Source: Octopus vulgaris (lineage: Eukaryota). From it: a stretch of 64,000 bases of DNA. The notes beneath the pieces were generated by a model that was given only the letters and a program-made list of their open reading frames with translations, did no database searches and had not been told where the DNA came from. The stretch lies in NCBI GenBank assembly GCA_951406725.2, contig OX597821.1, positions 59,272,001 to 59,336,000 on the forward strand, read 5' to 3'. The position numbers and the translations under genes were made by a program. Of this stretch, positions 26,711 to 39,101 are shown in pieces (position 1 is the stretch's first letter; each line of letters starts with the position of its first letter).

Positions 26711-26754
<44 letters not shown>

Positions 26755-27850
26755 GTAATGTGTGTGTGTAAATATATAATGCATAAACAGAGCCTGAAAG
26801 ATTGCTTTAAAATACATAGTATATTTTATAAATATGCCTGTTCAAGTATCATAATAACATGAATCTATTAATAGCTCTTTTGGTTGTGTATTTAATTTGA
26901 TATGTATAGGGTTTATTTCAGTTTCATTCTAACAAATCCATTCACAATACTTTGGTTGGCCCAGGGCTTTAGTAGAAAATGGACATTAAAACAACCAAAT
27001 GTACAAATTTCTTAGACAAACTCATTTATCTTTTGGAAAGATTATTAGTCTGAAAAAATTTCTTGTTAAGTAATTTATACATTAGCATCTTCACTATTAA
27101 TTTAATCTTCTGATTTCTCCCCACCCCTACCCTTGTGTTGAATATATTGATTTTTAGTTATGAAATATGGATGTTAATGAGTCTGATTGAATACAAATAT
27201 TTAAAACTTAATGAGAATCAGCTCAGTTATTTTGTTTTGTTTTAGATAAAAATTTTCATTGATAAACGTCTCCTTGAAAATCAGTCGTCATAATATCAAA
27301 CTAGTTGCTAGTTGTTGTAAAGGGGTAACAATTATGAAATGGATAAATATTAACCCTTTTGTTAACATATTTCTTTTGGAATACACTGCTTTTGTTTCAA
27401 TTAATTTTGAAAATGAAGAAAAATTTAGTGGGGTAAGTGTCATCTATAACCTCAGGTCAACCAAAACCTTGTGAGTAGATTTGGTAGACTGAAACTGAAA
27501 GAATCCTGGTGTGTGTATGTATTTATACATATATATATGTGTGTGTCTGTGTTCATCCCCCACCACTGCTTGACAACTCGTGTTTGTTTATTTATGTCTC
27601 CATAACATAGTTTGGCAAAAGATACCAATAGAATAAGTATGAGGCTTAAACAAAAAAGTACTGGGGTCAATTTATTCGATTAAAATATTCTTCTGGGCGG
27701 TGCACCAGCATGGCCACAGTCTAATGATTCAAACAAGTAAAAGGTAAAAGATGGCATAAAATTTTGATGGAAGATTTTAATTTAGATGATTTTAAAACAA
27801 GTATTTTATATCATAGAACCAAGAGTAGGTTGTTTCAAAAGGGCTAAACG

Positions 27851-29877
27851 ACCTGCTTTACTGATTACAAAAAAAAAACATAATTTCCATTCTCATTAAA
27901 ACACTCTTAAAAACAGCTCATACAAGTTTCAAAATCTCTCTCTCTCTCTCTTACATATGCATGCATATTCAGAGAAACCAATAGTAATTTAGAGCTCTGT
28001 ATCTAAAGAAGATTTAGATCAGAGAGTAGTTATGTACTGAAAATATAATTATGAGAACTAATGTGTGAAAAATTATAAATATCAAAACTGGGACACTGCT
28101 TTTCTTTTTTTTTTTTTCATTGGATTGTGACTCTGCCTTCACGGGTTCTATTTCATTATACCGACTCTAGTATTTTGTTTTGTACTTATTTGCTCTATTG
28201 AACTTGTAAAGTCAAAATCTACCATGGTATAAAGGTATGTAACTAGAATGAGATGAGTTATTTTTGTTCAATGTACCAATGTTTATATACTCAACAAGAT
28301 TTTACTCAGTACCCATTATTGAAACTCACTCACAGAAGGTAATCTCAAGATTATCACCAATTGTTGATGTTTAGCTCAACTGGTGATCTTCAAGTCAATA
28401 AGGCAATCTGTATGTGATTGCTTGGCAGACAAAAATGGCAAGTAAATATCCTTCAAATTAAACCCTGCCATTTTTAAAATGAGGAATGCCACATTGGATA
28501 ATGTAGTTAATCCTTCATACAGTGTGCCTGAAAATAATATGGGATGGTCACGGCTGGAATACTTTTGATTATAGGTCTGTTCAATCAAGTCTAATCTGGA
28601 GCAGCAACTGGAGATTATCTTCTGTGAGCGAGCTTTGTAGATGGGAATTGTGACAAATTTCACATATATAGACATCAAATTAATGAGCAAAAATTTCTCC
28701 TTGTTGCATTTTTGTTACATCCCTTCATGTCCCTGTAGATTTCAACTTTACATATTCAATAAACCAAGTACAAATGGTCTTGTTTATCACTGATTTATTC
28801 ATCACTAATCTGGGATAATATAGTATGCTCAATTGCAAACCATGTTGTGCTCATCACAGATTGAGCTGTGATAACTTGGGTTGGCTATCAATCAGATTCA
28901 GCTTGTGCCCTAAAAATGCACCCTAACAACCACTCACAATGCTGTTACCTAGAACACACTGATTATCACTTGTATTTGCATGATTGCGCTGCAAAGCTGA
29001 ACATTTTTTTAATATGGGTTTACATACTTGTACCCTTCAATGTGGGACTTGTGAACAGAAAAAAATACAAAGGCACCTTATCCTAACAAATGATGCAGAT
29101 GGGTGTATTCTTTTGGGAAAAGGTAGAAATGAAGGAAAAATATATGATGGTAGAAGCTTTGCTGTTGTCTATGGGCTGCAGGTTTGGAGTCAATGAATTT
29201 ACCATTCATTCCATTTACAAAGTGTGTGGAAATGATTCATATATTACTATGTTTTTTTTTTCTGGAACCAAACTCCTGTGATAAATTAGGACAGATATAG
29301 AAGATTAAATATGAGGCTTAATATAGAACCCCTGAAAGCACTGCTTTCAACTAGAACCCTTGAAAGCACTGCCTTAGTATGGTCACTGTACAAGGAATAA
29401 AATAGAAAAGTAGTGTCTCAATTTTAATTTTTTAGTCTTGCAAAATACTTGGTGACCTTGTTGGTGTCATGTAAAAGGCACTGATGCTGGTGTCACATAA
29501 AAAGCACCCAGTACACTCTGTAGAGTGGTTGGTGTTAGCAAGGGCATCCTTTTGTAGTAACCATGCCAAAACAGACCATGGAACCCAATGTGGCTCCTGA
29601 CCATATCAGCTCCTGTCAAACCATCCAACCCATACCGGCAAAGAAAATGGACATTAAATGATGATCATGATGACAACGATTTGGTCCAATGTTTTCAGTA
29701 TATAAGTACTCGCTGATCTAAATCTTCTTCAGATACAGAGCTCTAAATTAATATTGTTTTTTTTCTCACTAAATGTAATTTTGTGTGTGTGTGATTTTGA
29801 AATTTGTATGAGTTGTTTTGAGATTAAGTTTTAATGAATATGAAAATTATATTTTGTTTGAAATCAGTAATGCAAGT
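27851..29877. mobile_element. ~2-kb region bounded by ~190-bp degenerate inverted repeats, containing a Tigger/pogo-like HTH remnant
   Basis: 27851-28045 is reverse-complementary to ~29690-29877 (e.g. TAATTTAGAGCTCTGTATCT..AGAAGATTTAGATCAG). ORF 29090-29281 (EKVEMK...GCRFGVNEFTIHSIYK) resembles the CENP-B/pogo N-terminal HTH. Confidence 0.55.
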
Positions 29878-32471
29878 ATTTAATATTTATCCTTTTCATA
29901 ATTTTTTTATTTTTCTGCGACAATTAATATCAAACTAGTTTGATATTATAATAACTGATTACAATTCTTGAAAAAAAAGAAAAAAATTCCCTGATTAACT
30001 GGAATGATTGGATTACTGCTGCTTCTACTTTAAAATGGTTTATTCACATATAAAATTGGTTCAATGTGTAAAATGTCATCTTATAAAGCTTTTTTTAAAT
30101 AGAATTTGAATGGATTATTTGAATTACTATTCTTTAAATCTTTCCTGAGCTCTTCTAAAAAATTCTATTTTTTAAGCTAATCTTGCATAAAAATGATTTA
30201 GTTTTCTACATGTTTTTTCAGAACTAAAATTTTGTAAAAAAAAAAAAAAAAAAAAATCTATAAAAACCAAGCAAAACTCAGTATTCTGCATTATAGATTT
30301 TAATCTTCTAACATGCCTTAGTTCTCTTAATGTTAAGATATAACTCCAGTGCATCATCAGCATTGTTTTAATGGCTCTCTGGTTTCAAAGCTTGCTTTCC
30401 AACAATGTGATCTTAAGTTCAGTCTTATTACATGACACCATAGGCAGGTACTTTCTGCTATATTCCTGGGCCAACCAAAAGCTTTTCTGTGGATTTGGTA
30501 AATGGAAATTGGAAGAAGTTTGTCACATATGATGTATGTATATATACGTGTGTGTGTTTGTGTGTACTCTTGTCTAGATATCACATGATGGTCACAAATG
30601 AGTATCATTGTCCTATAAGCAAAGTCGCTCATTTCCTTCTTCCATAAAAAAACTTATCTATTTGTGACTAAATATTACCTTGCTTGGAAATAGGTGAGGT
30701 TTGGCAACAGGAAGAGCACCCAACTGTAGAGAATTTCCCTCAATAAATTCCATCTGACCCATGCAAGCATGGAAAAGTGGATTTTAAATGATGGTACATA
30801 AAAATACCCATTACATTCTTGGAGTGGTTGGCATTAGGAAGGGCATCCAGCTGTAGAAAACCATGCCAAATCAGACTGGATCCTGGCACAGCCTTCCTGT
30901 GTGCCAGCCCAGCCAAACCGTCCAACCCATGCCAGCATGGACAACGGATGTTAAATGATGATTTTTCTATGCTTGCATAGGTCAGACTCATGGAGCAATA
31001 TCAGGTAAAATTGGTCGGTAATAATTGTGACAAAAAATAGATAAAATATTTTACTGATACTTGTATATATGTGCTTGTATGTATGTCTGTATTTGTCCCC
31101 ACCCCATCAAACCACCTGACAACTGATGTTGATTTGTTTGCATCCCCATAACTTAGCAGTTTGGCCTAAGAGACTGATAGAATATGTACTAGTAAGTACA
31201 TATTCTAACAAAGTAAGTACTGGGATTGATTTGTTTGACTAAACCCTTCATGGTGCTTCAGCATGGCCACAGCCCATTGACTGAAACAAGTAAAAGGAAA
31301 AGGTTATTTCTTATGTTTCTCATGCAGTCTTTTAGATTTCATTAAATAAATAATACTCAATCATAAGGAAAATCCTTTCACACGGTCACTGATAAATTAT
31401 TTTGTCAGAGAATCTATTTTAAATTGTGTGGATATTTCTTTGTTTATCTTCCATTACATTGACGTTCTTTAGAAGTGACTACTTCTAAAAATAACATTCA
31501 TGTCCAGTTCTATATATGATCATTCCAACAGACATCTATGGTTGACCTGATTTGCAAACTTTCCAATGAATAACAAATACAATGATTTTGGAACTTATCT
31601 GAGCAGGATTATTGCAGATCAACAAAACAATATTCAAAATAATTCTTGGAATTCATTATCTCTCAAGACTTTTTCATTTGTCAGACAATACAGTCTGTGC
31701 ATATATTTCTTCAGAATTTTTTTTTTTTTTGATATTTTACTTCATAACTTTTAACATATTTTGTATTTCAAGCTGAAATATATATATATATTGGCCTCTT
31801 CATATCCCACTGTATCTCAGCCTCTGTAATCTAAAATCAGGATTTTCTTTAAAGTAATTATTTCCTCATAACTTTCTGCTTGCTCAATTAAGCAGTGAAT
31901 TATGTTTGACCATTGAAATTTTCATGTTGCAATTTTGAAATTCTAATTAACATTTATTATAATTTGAACTACCATATTTATTCTGAACTTCCATCTCTGT
32001 ATGTGAATATGAATCAGAGATGGTATAAAGCTTTCGGCAATGGTACGCATTGTTCATGTTCTGCCCATCAGTAAATATAGGCTGTCAGATATAATAATAG
32101 TGGGACAAAAAGTATATAATTGAGGCTATTAAATAGTTAAGACTACCAACTTAAAGGTTATAAGTTCAAAAGCTAACATTCCATTATGGTTTAATGTTTT
32201 CTTCATTATTTTATATGCTATACTCAACCTCACTAAAAATCAGTCACATCCATTTTACAGTTGAGCAATTAACATTTGAAAAAAAATCTAACTGTAAAAT
32301 AGCTTTTTTTCTAATTAAACTTAGAGACTCCTAGCTATAAATTTCAGAATTAAATACACACTCACACACATGTTTCTTTTAGAAAAATAAATCTAGAGAA
32401 TCATACTCTCAGAAGTAGTCTATATTACTGGTGAAGGCCAGTTTATAAACCGGCCTCCACCAGTAATTAGC

Positions 32472-32516
<45 letters not shown>

Positions 32517-32519
<3 letters not shown>

Positions 32520-32865
32520 AAAAAGGAGATGTGGAACACGAGTTGTGATATATAAAAAGGAAATGAAGAAAATGCTGACAAAATAATTTAAGTAATTTAA
32601 TTAGGTGAAAGTTTTTTTTACGGTTGCGCATTTGTTATGCTTATCAAAATATATTTTTTAAAGAGAGATTAGAGTTCCTTTTCTGATAGATTTTTTTCCT
32701 CTTATCTGAGGAAAAAAGATAAGAGGAAAAATCTATCAGAAAAGGAACTCTAATCTCTCTTTAAAAATATATTTTGATAAGCATAACAAATGCGCAACCG
32801 GTAAAAAGAACTTTCACCTAATTAAATTACTTAAATTATTTTGTCAGCATTTTCTTCATTTCCTT
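32517..32865. mobile_element. Second foldback element in a (TA)n tract (Penelope-like remnant, different family)
   Basis: ~150-bp near-perfect inverted arms at 32557-32707 and 32717-32865 with a 9-nt loop, between (TA)n tracts. Contains a degenerate hammerhead-like motif. Confidence 0.55.
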
Positions 32866-35800
32866 ATATATATATATATATATATAATTACATACATTGA
32901 ACTGCAGCTGTGCTAGGATACTGCCTCAAAGGGGTTGGTCAAGCAAACTGACCCCAACATTTGTTTTTTTATATATCTGGTACTTATTATATTGGTCTCT
33001 TTTGGCAAACCACTAAGTTACAGGGACATAAACCAACACTGGTGGTCAAACGGTGAGGACACACACACATGTGTATTTATGTGTGTGTGTTTGTGTTTAT
33101 ATAAAGTAGGCTTCCACAGTTTCATTGTACTAAATTCATTCACAAGGCATTGCTTGGTCTGGACCTTTAGTAGAAGATACTTGCCCAAGGTGCCATGCAG
33201 TAGCACAGAATCTGAAACCACTTAATTACAAAGTGAGCTTCCTAACCACACAGCCATGTCTGCACCTAATCACCTATACAAATATCTTTATTTGTGTTTA
33301 TAATAAACTATTCCCCCATATTTTTGTCATCATCACCATTTAATGCTTGTTTTATCCAACCTGACATTGGTTAGGTAAGTCTCCAACACTCCTTCAATGT
33401 CTTATTTGGTCTACCTTTACAATGAATACCATACTTGATGGTATAAAAGGCATATGGGCATATTACACACGCACGCACGCGTGTGCATGTTTCAGCAGTG
33501 CGTAGTTAGGAAAAAAGTTTATAGTGTATTAAAACATGTAATATTTAGTTGGGAACCTACCTTCACATAAAGGACCCAGAGTGATCTCTCTCTCTACTTT
33601 TCTGGAAAACAAGTGCATCCTATATGCCATCAAATATTGTACTGTCTACAGCTAATATTATCTCTTCCAACATGTAGCATTTATTTGGGTTAGGTCTATA
33701 AGTGCACATCTACATGTCACTCTACAAGTCAAATGCCTAGTCATTTTCATGACCAATGGCATAGTGTTGGGTGTACAGGCCACAGACCAACCACTTTATA
33801 TACGTATGTTTGCTGTAGTCCTAAGTCTGTTACATTCCAAGAAGAACGTGGCCAATACAGCTACTGCACAGAGTGACCAAGTTCTACCCCTGTTCTCAAC
33901 TCATTCAAGTTTTTATACAAAAGCTTCCTTCTCCAGCTACTGCAGATCTTCTGTACTTCCCACCTTCATCTCTCTACCATATGACATTGTACAACTTACA
34001 AATATATATTTGAGTATATACTTTTTTCCAGCAAGAGAGAAACTCTTAGTTGCAAGCAAAGTAACAGATCTCTGAACTTCTTTAATTCATTCTTATCCTA
34101 GATCATATGCTTTCGTGACAGCTATCTCTGGTGCTAAATATATCACTTAGTTGGCAAGTTACTTTCAGTAAACCACTTACTTCATTTCATAGCTGCTGTT
34201 GTTGCCAAATGTTGTGCACCAAAACTTTTAGTTCACTGTCAGTCGGAGAGAGAAATCCCTTGCACTTTTTATTTATTTTTTTTTACACTGAGTAAACAAT
34301 ATTGAGTTCATACCTATTCTGTTGCTAAATATTAAAGAAACGTACAACACGCACACATGCATATGCACACACATGCATGTGCATGTGTACACCCACATAC
34401 CCACACACACATGGTTTATTTAAAGCTGAAGCTTCCTTCCATCATTACTCTGAGTTTCATGTCTTTTGTTCTTCTTTTACACAACAATACAGAACAACCT
34501 CAGTTTTGAATAAAAGAGTGTGTGTATGTATCATATTTGATGGCATATAATATGTTCTTTATTGTCTCAAAAGCAAAAGCATCTTCAAAATTACTCTGGG
34601 TCCTATATGTGAAGGTGAGCTTCCAACTAAATATTACATTGGTTAATGCACTAATTTTTTCCCCTGAATGTATGCTGTTGAAATTGGTGTGTGTCTATAT
34701 GCCCATGTGGTTTTTATGTCATCAAATGTGTGTGCACACACACACACATATATAAAGTTTTATTTAGTATATTTGTATATATTTCAGTATGTAGGTGTGT
34801 TTATATATAATGTGTGTATGTATATATATATACATATACATACACTCACACACATTATTTTGATTTGAGTAGGTATATATGTATGTATATTTTTATGAGT
34901 GTACATATATATATATATATTGCAGTCTATATTGAAGAGAAAATGGCTGTGAAAAATGTATTTTCCAATCTTTTATTTCAATTATAATTTTATAATGTAA
35001 TTGTTGGCACTACTTTGGTATGTGATCTACACTTTATATTGTGATCTACAAGAAGAAAAGTTATACTTATCAAGAACAAGGAAAACACCTGTATCGTTTT
35101 TGAGAGAATGTCTGCTTCATTCTAATTTCTTTTTAATGATAAATGTATAAAAATTCTATATATTTTAAACTTTTTTAGCTGATGTTCGTTCGATCTGCCC
35201 ATCATCATCGTCGTTTAATGTCCGTTTTCCATGCTGGCATGGGTTGGATGGTTTGACTAAGGGCTGGCAAGCCAAAAGGCTGCACCAAGCTCCAGTCTGA
35301 TCTGGCAGAGTTTCTACAGCTTGATGCCCTTCCTAACACCAGCCACCCCGAGAGTGTAGTGGGTGCATTTTAAGTGCCACCGGCATGGGGGCCATTCAGA
35401 CAGTACTGGCATCGACCAAGCTTGAATGGTGCTTTTTATGTACTGCCAGCATGGGAGCCATTCAGGCAGTACTGGCAACGACCATAAAATTAATAAACTT
35501 GTTTCAAATCTGCTCCATTTTAATTTTTTTAAATAAACATATAAAAGAGCAAGTATGTTTTATTTAATCCATAATAAATAAATGAAACATGCAGATTGCA
35601 TACTAAAGAAAAATTTGACTCTTGAAGATGTTGGCTACATACATAGAATACCAAAGTGGCATCTAATTTTCTATTCTTTCATGGAGTGGATGATTTTATA
35701 TTGCAGCACCTATTTTTACAATTGGGTGCCCTTCCTATTACTAATCACTCAATTTTGAAATAAACTAGTTTTTTTCTTACCCAATTAACTAAAGTGAGCA

Positions 35801-37416
35801 ACCATATACATTGCTTAGAAGCACATCACAAGGGCTTTAATAAGATTTGAACCTACATATGATCAGAAGTTCAGCATCTTAACTTCTACGGTCATCAACT
35901 TCATTAAGATATTTAAGTTTTTCCTATTATTAAGATGTCTTGACTTTTGCTTATGCATTCATAATAATTTGTTTTACGTTGAAATATATTAACTGTTTAA
36001 CCTAACAGAATGGTATTGTTTATTAACCATTTGAATTGAATTAATATTGTTTATTGTCAGAATTGTGAGGATATTAGACAGTGTTTAGTTTGGCATTTCT
36101 TTTGATCCTTTATATTTTGAGTTTAAATTCCACTGAGGTCATCTTTGCCTTTCATTCCATAGGAGTGAATAAATTAGAAGACCAGTCAAGTACTGTGATC
36201 AATGTAATCGATTTGTTTCTTCCCTTCAAAATTATTGGCCATGAACCCGGCAGTGGAATGTTGTAATTTTGAGTCACTTATATGCTTTGGAAACCAGGTA
36301 ACTGGTTTTATGAGTCCTAGAGCTCAAGAAAAAAAAGTGATTGTTAAAAGAGCAATGGATTTGGTTCCCATTTTGGTTTTTTTTAAAAATTATTATTTGG
36401 CACTATGGTTTGTGTTCCATAGGCAGTTATTATTTTTTTTTTTTCTAACCCAATATTTCCATGCTAATATTCATAGCTTTATCTGCCTTGAGATTCACTG
36501 TTTCAAAATTAGTAATTATATTTTACCTGTGAGACCATATATCACATCAAATACTTTTGTTCTATTATATATTTATCAATTTCCTGGTTAGAAGCAAAAG
36601 AGAAATTGATCTTATTGTTATAATATGCTAAAGAAGTTATAATGTTGTATTGTCCCCTCTATTATAGTCATAATTATTTTTCTCCACTCAGATTTTAATC
36701 CCTATTTTCTTTTAGCCTCATAAACTACCGTATTAAATAAATTGCCATTAATTCTATTTATATTTTTATTACAGATATTTAAGTCTTATATTAATTGAGC
36801 AAATCTCATTGATAGACATTCGAAGATTATATTAGATTATCTCATTAAGCGGTTAGCTTATTTATATAAGAGAAATGATACTTTACCCCAGCAATTATAA
36901 GACAATTAAAATACACTGGAATAAATATTAAGCTTTTGAATATCAAACTTTAGACAGCTGTTAGACATAGAAGTATTAAAACATTTGTCACTGGTGGTGG
37001 ATATGTATTAAAAGAAAATTGTTTTTTTCATTTTGCTTATATGCATGAGATTATTTTGCTTGACTGCACATGTTGACGTACTAACTGCTTAAGTCTGTAA
37101 AAATATATGGTATAAAAACATGCAGAAATGGAACCAAAAGATAAAACTTCCATAAAAGAAAATTTCTTCAAGGCATAACAGTATTTTCATCCTGGCAGGT
37201 ATAAAATCTTCACAAATTTAAATGCAGCTTATATTACACTATCGCTCTTGTAATCTTGTCTACATTTAGAGAAAAGATTTCTGATGCATTAACTTAACGC
37301 TTTACAGCCATTTTACATCTAGTCTCATAATTGCTATGCCGTCTGTTTAAAAAATTTTTTTATTATTTTAGTCTCTGAATTAGATAAGCGCTGAAGACAA
37401 TAATGACAAAGAACTA

Positions 37417-37609
37417 CCATATTTGATGGCATTTAAGATGCACCTTCCCCGCCCCCCATATCTCAAAAATATTACCCCAGGTCTTAAAAGTGAAGTTGGG
37501 CTTCTCATGAGCTAATTTTGTCCCCGACTCTCACTTTTTCTTGAATATGTACTGCTGAAAGTGGGATGTATCTAATATACTCGTATGTCTTTTATATCAC
37601 CAAATACAG
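37417..37609. mobile_element. TA-flanked Tc1/mariner/pogo-type MITE
   Basis: TA|CCATATTTGATGGCAT ... ATATCACCAAATACAG|TA. Related copies at ~34531-34728 and ~38740-39101. Confidence 0.65.
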
Positions 37610-37725
37610 TATGTCAAGTTAAAAGATAAACTGCTAACTGTTCACAATGAGCAAAATAGAAAATTTGTCAGAAGTAAGCTGAGTATGAAGTTATTTTTAT
37701 CACTACATTTCCTCTTAACCCCTTG

Positions 37726-38092
37726 TTACCTCTGCCTTAGTTAAGGCAGAGGTATTGTTTTCAGTTGCATTTGCTTGTTTGTCTGTGGACAAGATATCTC
37801 AAGAACCACTGGATAGGTTTGGATGAAACTTTCAGGGATATTTGGCCTCATGACTAGCATGAACTGATTAGATTTTGGGATCAATCCAGTACCAGACAAG
37901 GACTCTGGATTATTTTTCCTGTATTTTTTTATTTAATTTTTGAGAGCAGTCGGGTTCATTTTTAGTATTTTTGTTTGAGAGAGCAGTCGAGTTTATTTCA
38001 TATATTCTCATTTTAAAAATCATCTCTGGTTAATCACTGAAAGGATGTTGGTGTTGTCTTGGTGGAGGTTTGCACTCTCTGAGTGGTCTTGT
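37726..38092 (+). mobile_element. Helentron-associated non-autonomous element (HINE/DINE-like)
   Basis: 5' hairpin TACCTCTGCCTTAGTTAAGGCAGAGGTA, then TTTGTCTGT simple repeat. The 3' end has a subterminal inverted copy GGTGGAGGT followed by hairpin CACTCTCTGAGTG and a T-rich end. Confidence 0.65.
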
Positions 38093-38739
38093 TGTTATTA
38101 ACTTGCTTATACATTTCAAAGGCGGTCTGTCGCTAGAAAGTAGTTAGCAAGCAGATTAGCTACAAGTGAGATAAAATTGGTTTCTTTTTTCTTTAGCCAT
38201 TGGACTGTGGCCATGCTGGGGAACCACCTTGAAAGGTTTAGTTGAATAAATCAACCCTTGTATTTATTCTATTGGTCTCTTTTGCCAGACCACTAGGTTA
38301 CAGGAACATAAACAAACCAAAATTGGTTGTCAAGTGGTGAAGGGGTGGAAAAGCATAAGGAGAGACACACACACACACACGACTTCCACACAGTTTCCAT
38401 CCATCAAATTCACTCTCAAGGTATTACTTGGCCCAGAGCTATAGTAAAGGATACTTGCTGAAGGTGTTGCAGAGTGGGACTGAACACGAAACCATATGGT
38501 TGCAGAGTGAACTTCATGCAGAAATGGAACCGAGACTTTCTTCCAACAAAGGCTATATGAAAAGTAAATAACATGAAGTTGCATGTGTGTTTCTGCAGCT
38601 TCTTAAAATGGAACATTAATTAGGATTTGCTGCAGTAATTTTAGTGAACTGTAGTGAACTTATTCCAAATGGAGAGACAAGTGTCTCATTAACCGTCATT
38701 AATTTGTGTGAAAGCTGTCGTTAAAGCTGTGTCTATATA

Positions 38740-39101
38740 CCATATTTGATGAGGTGTAAGATGCTTTTGTACTTTTTCCCCCCAAAAATGTCTCCAAAAA
38801 AATCATGCTGGGTCCTATATGCAGAGTTGAACTTTCCATAAACTAATTTTGTCACTGATGCTCACTACGATAGGCTAATTTTAACCAAGACAGTCTCTTC
38901 TACCTAGTCTGACTTCATAATAATAACATTTACTTAAACATTATTATTATTATTTGTACTGTAATGATTTGTAATGCACTGCTAGATTGTTTTAAATATT
39001 ACATGCTTTAATGCACAAAAAAACTTTATTTCCTCAATATGTGCTGCTGAAATTGGATTATGTCTAATATACCCATATGTCTTTTATGCCATCAAATACA
39101 G
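38740..39101. mobile_element. Tc1/pogo-type MITE, same family as 37417-37609
   Basis: CCATATTTGATGAGGTGTAAGATGC ... GTCTTTTATGCCATCAAATACAG. Confidence 0.6.

Noticed and set aside
37075-37200. Perfect branch-point-like TACTAAC and a downstream CAG|GTATAA
   Set aside because: No polypyrimidine tract or coherent reading frame; a 7-mer is expected by chance in 64 kb of AT-rich DNA.
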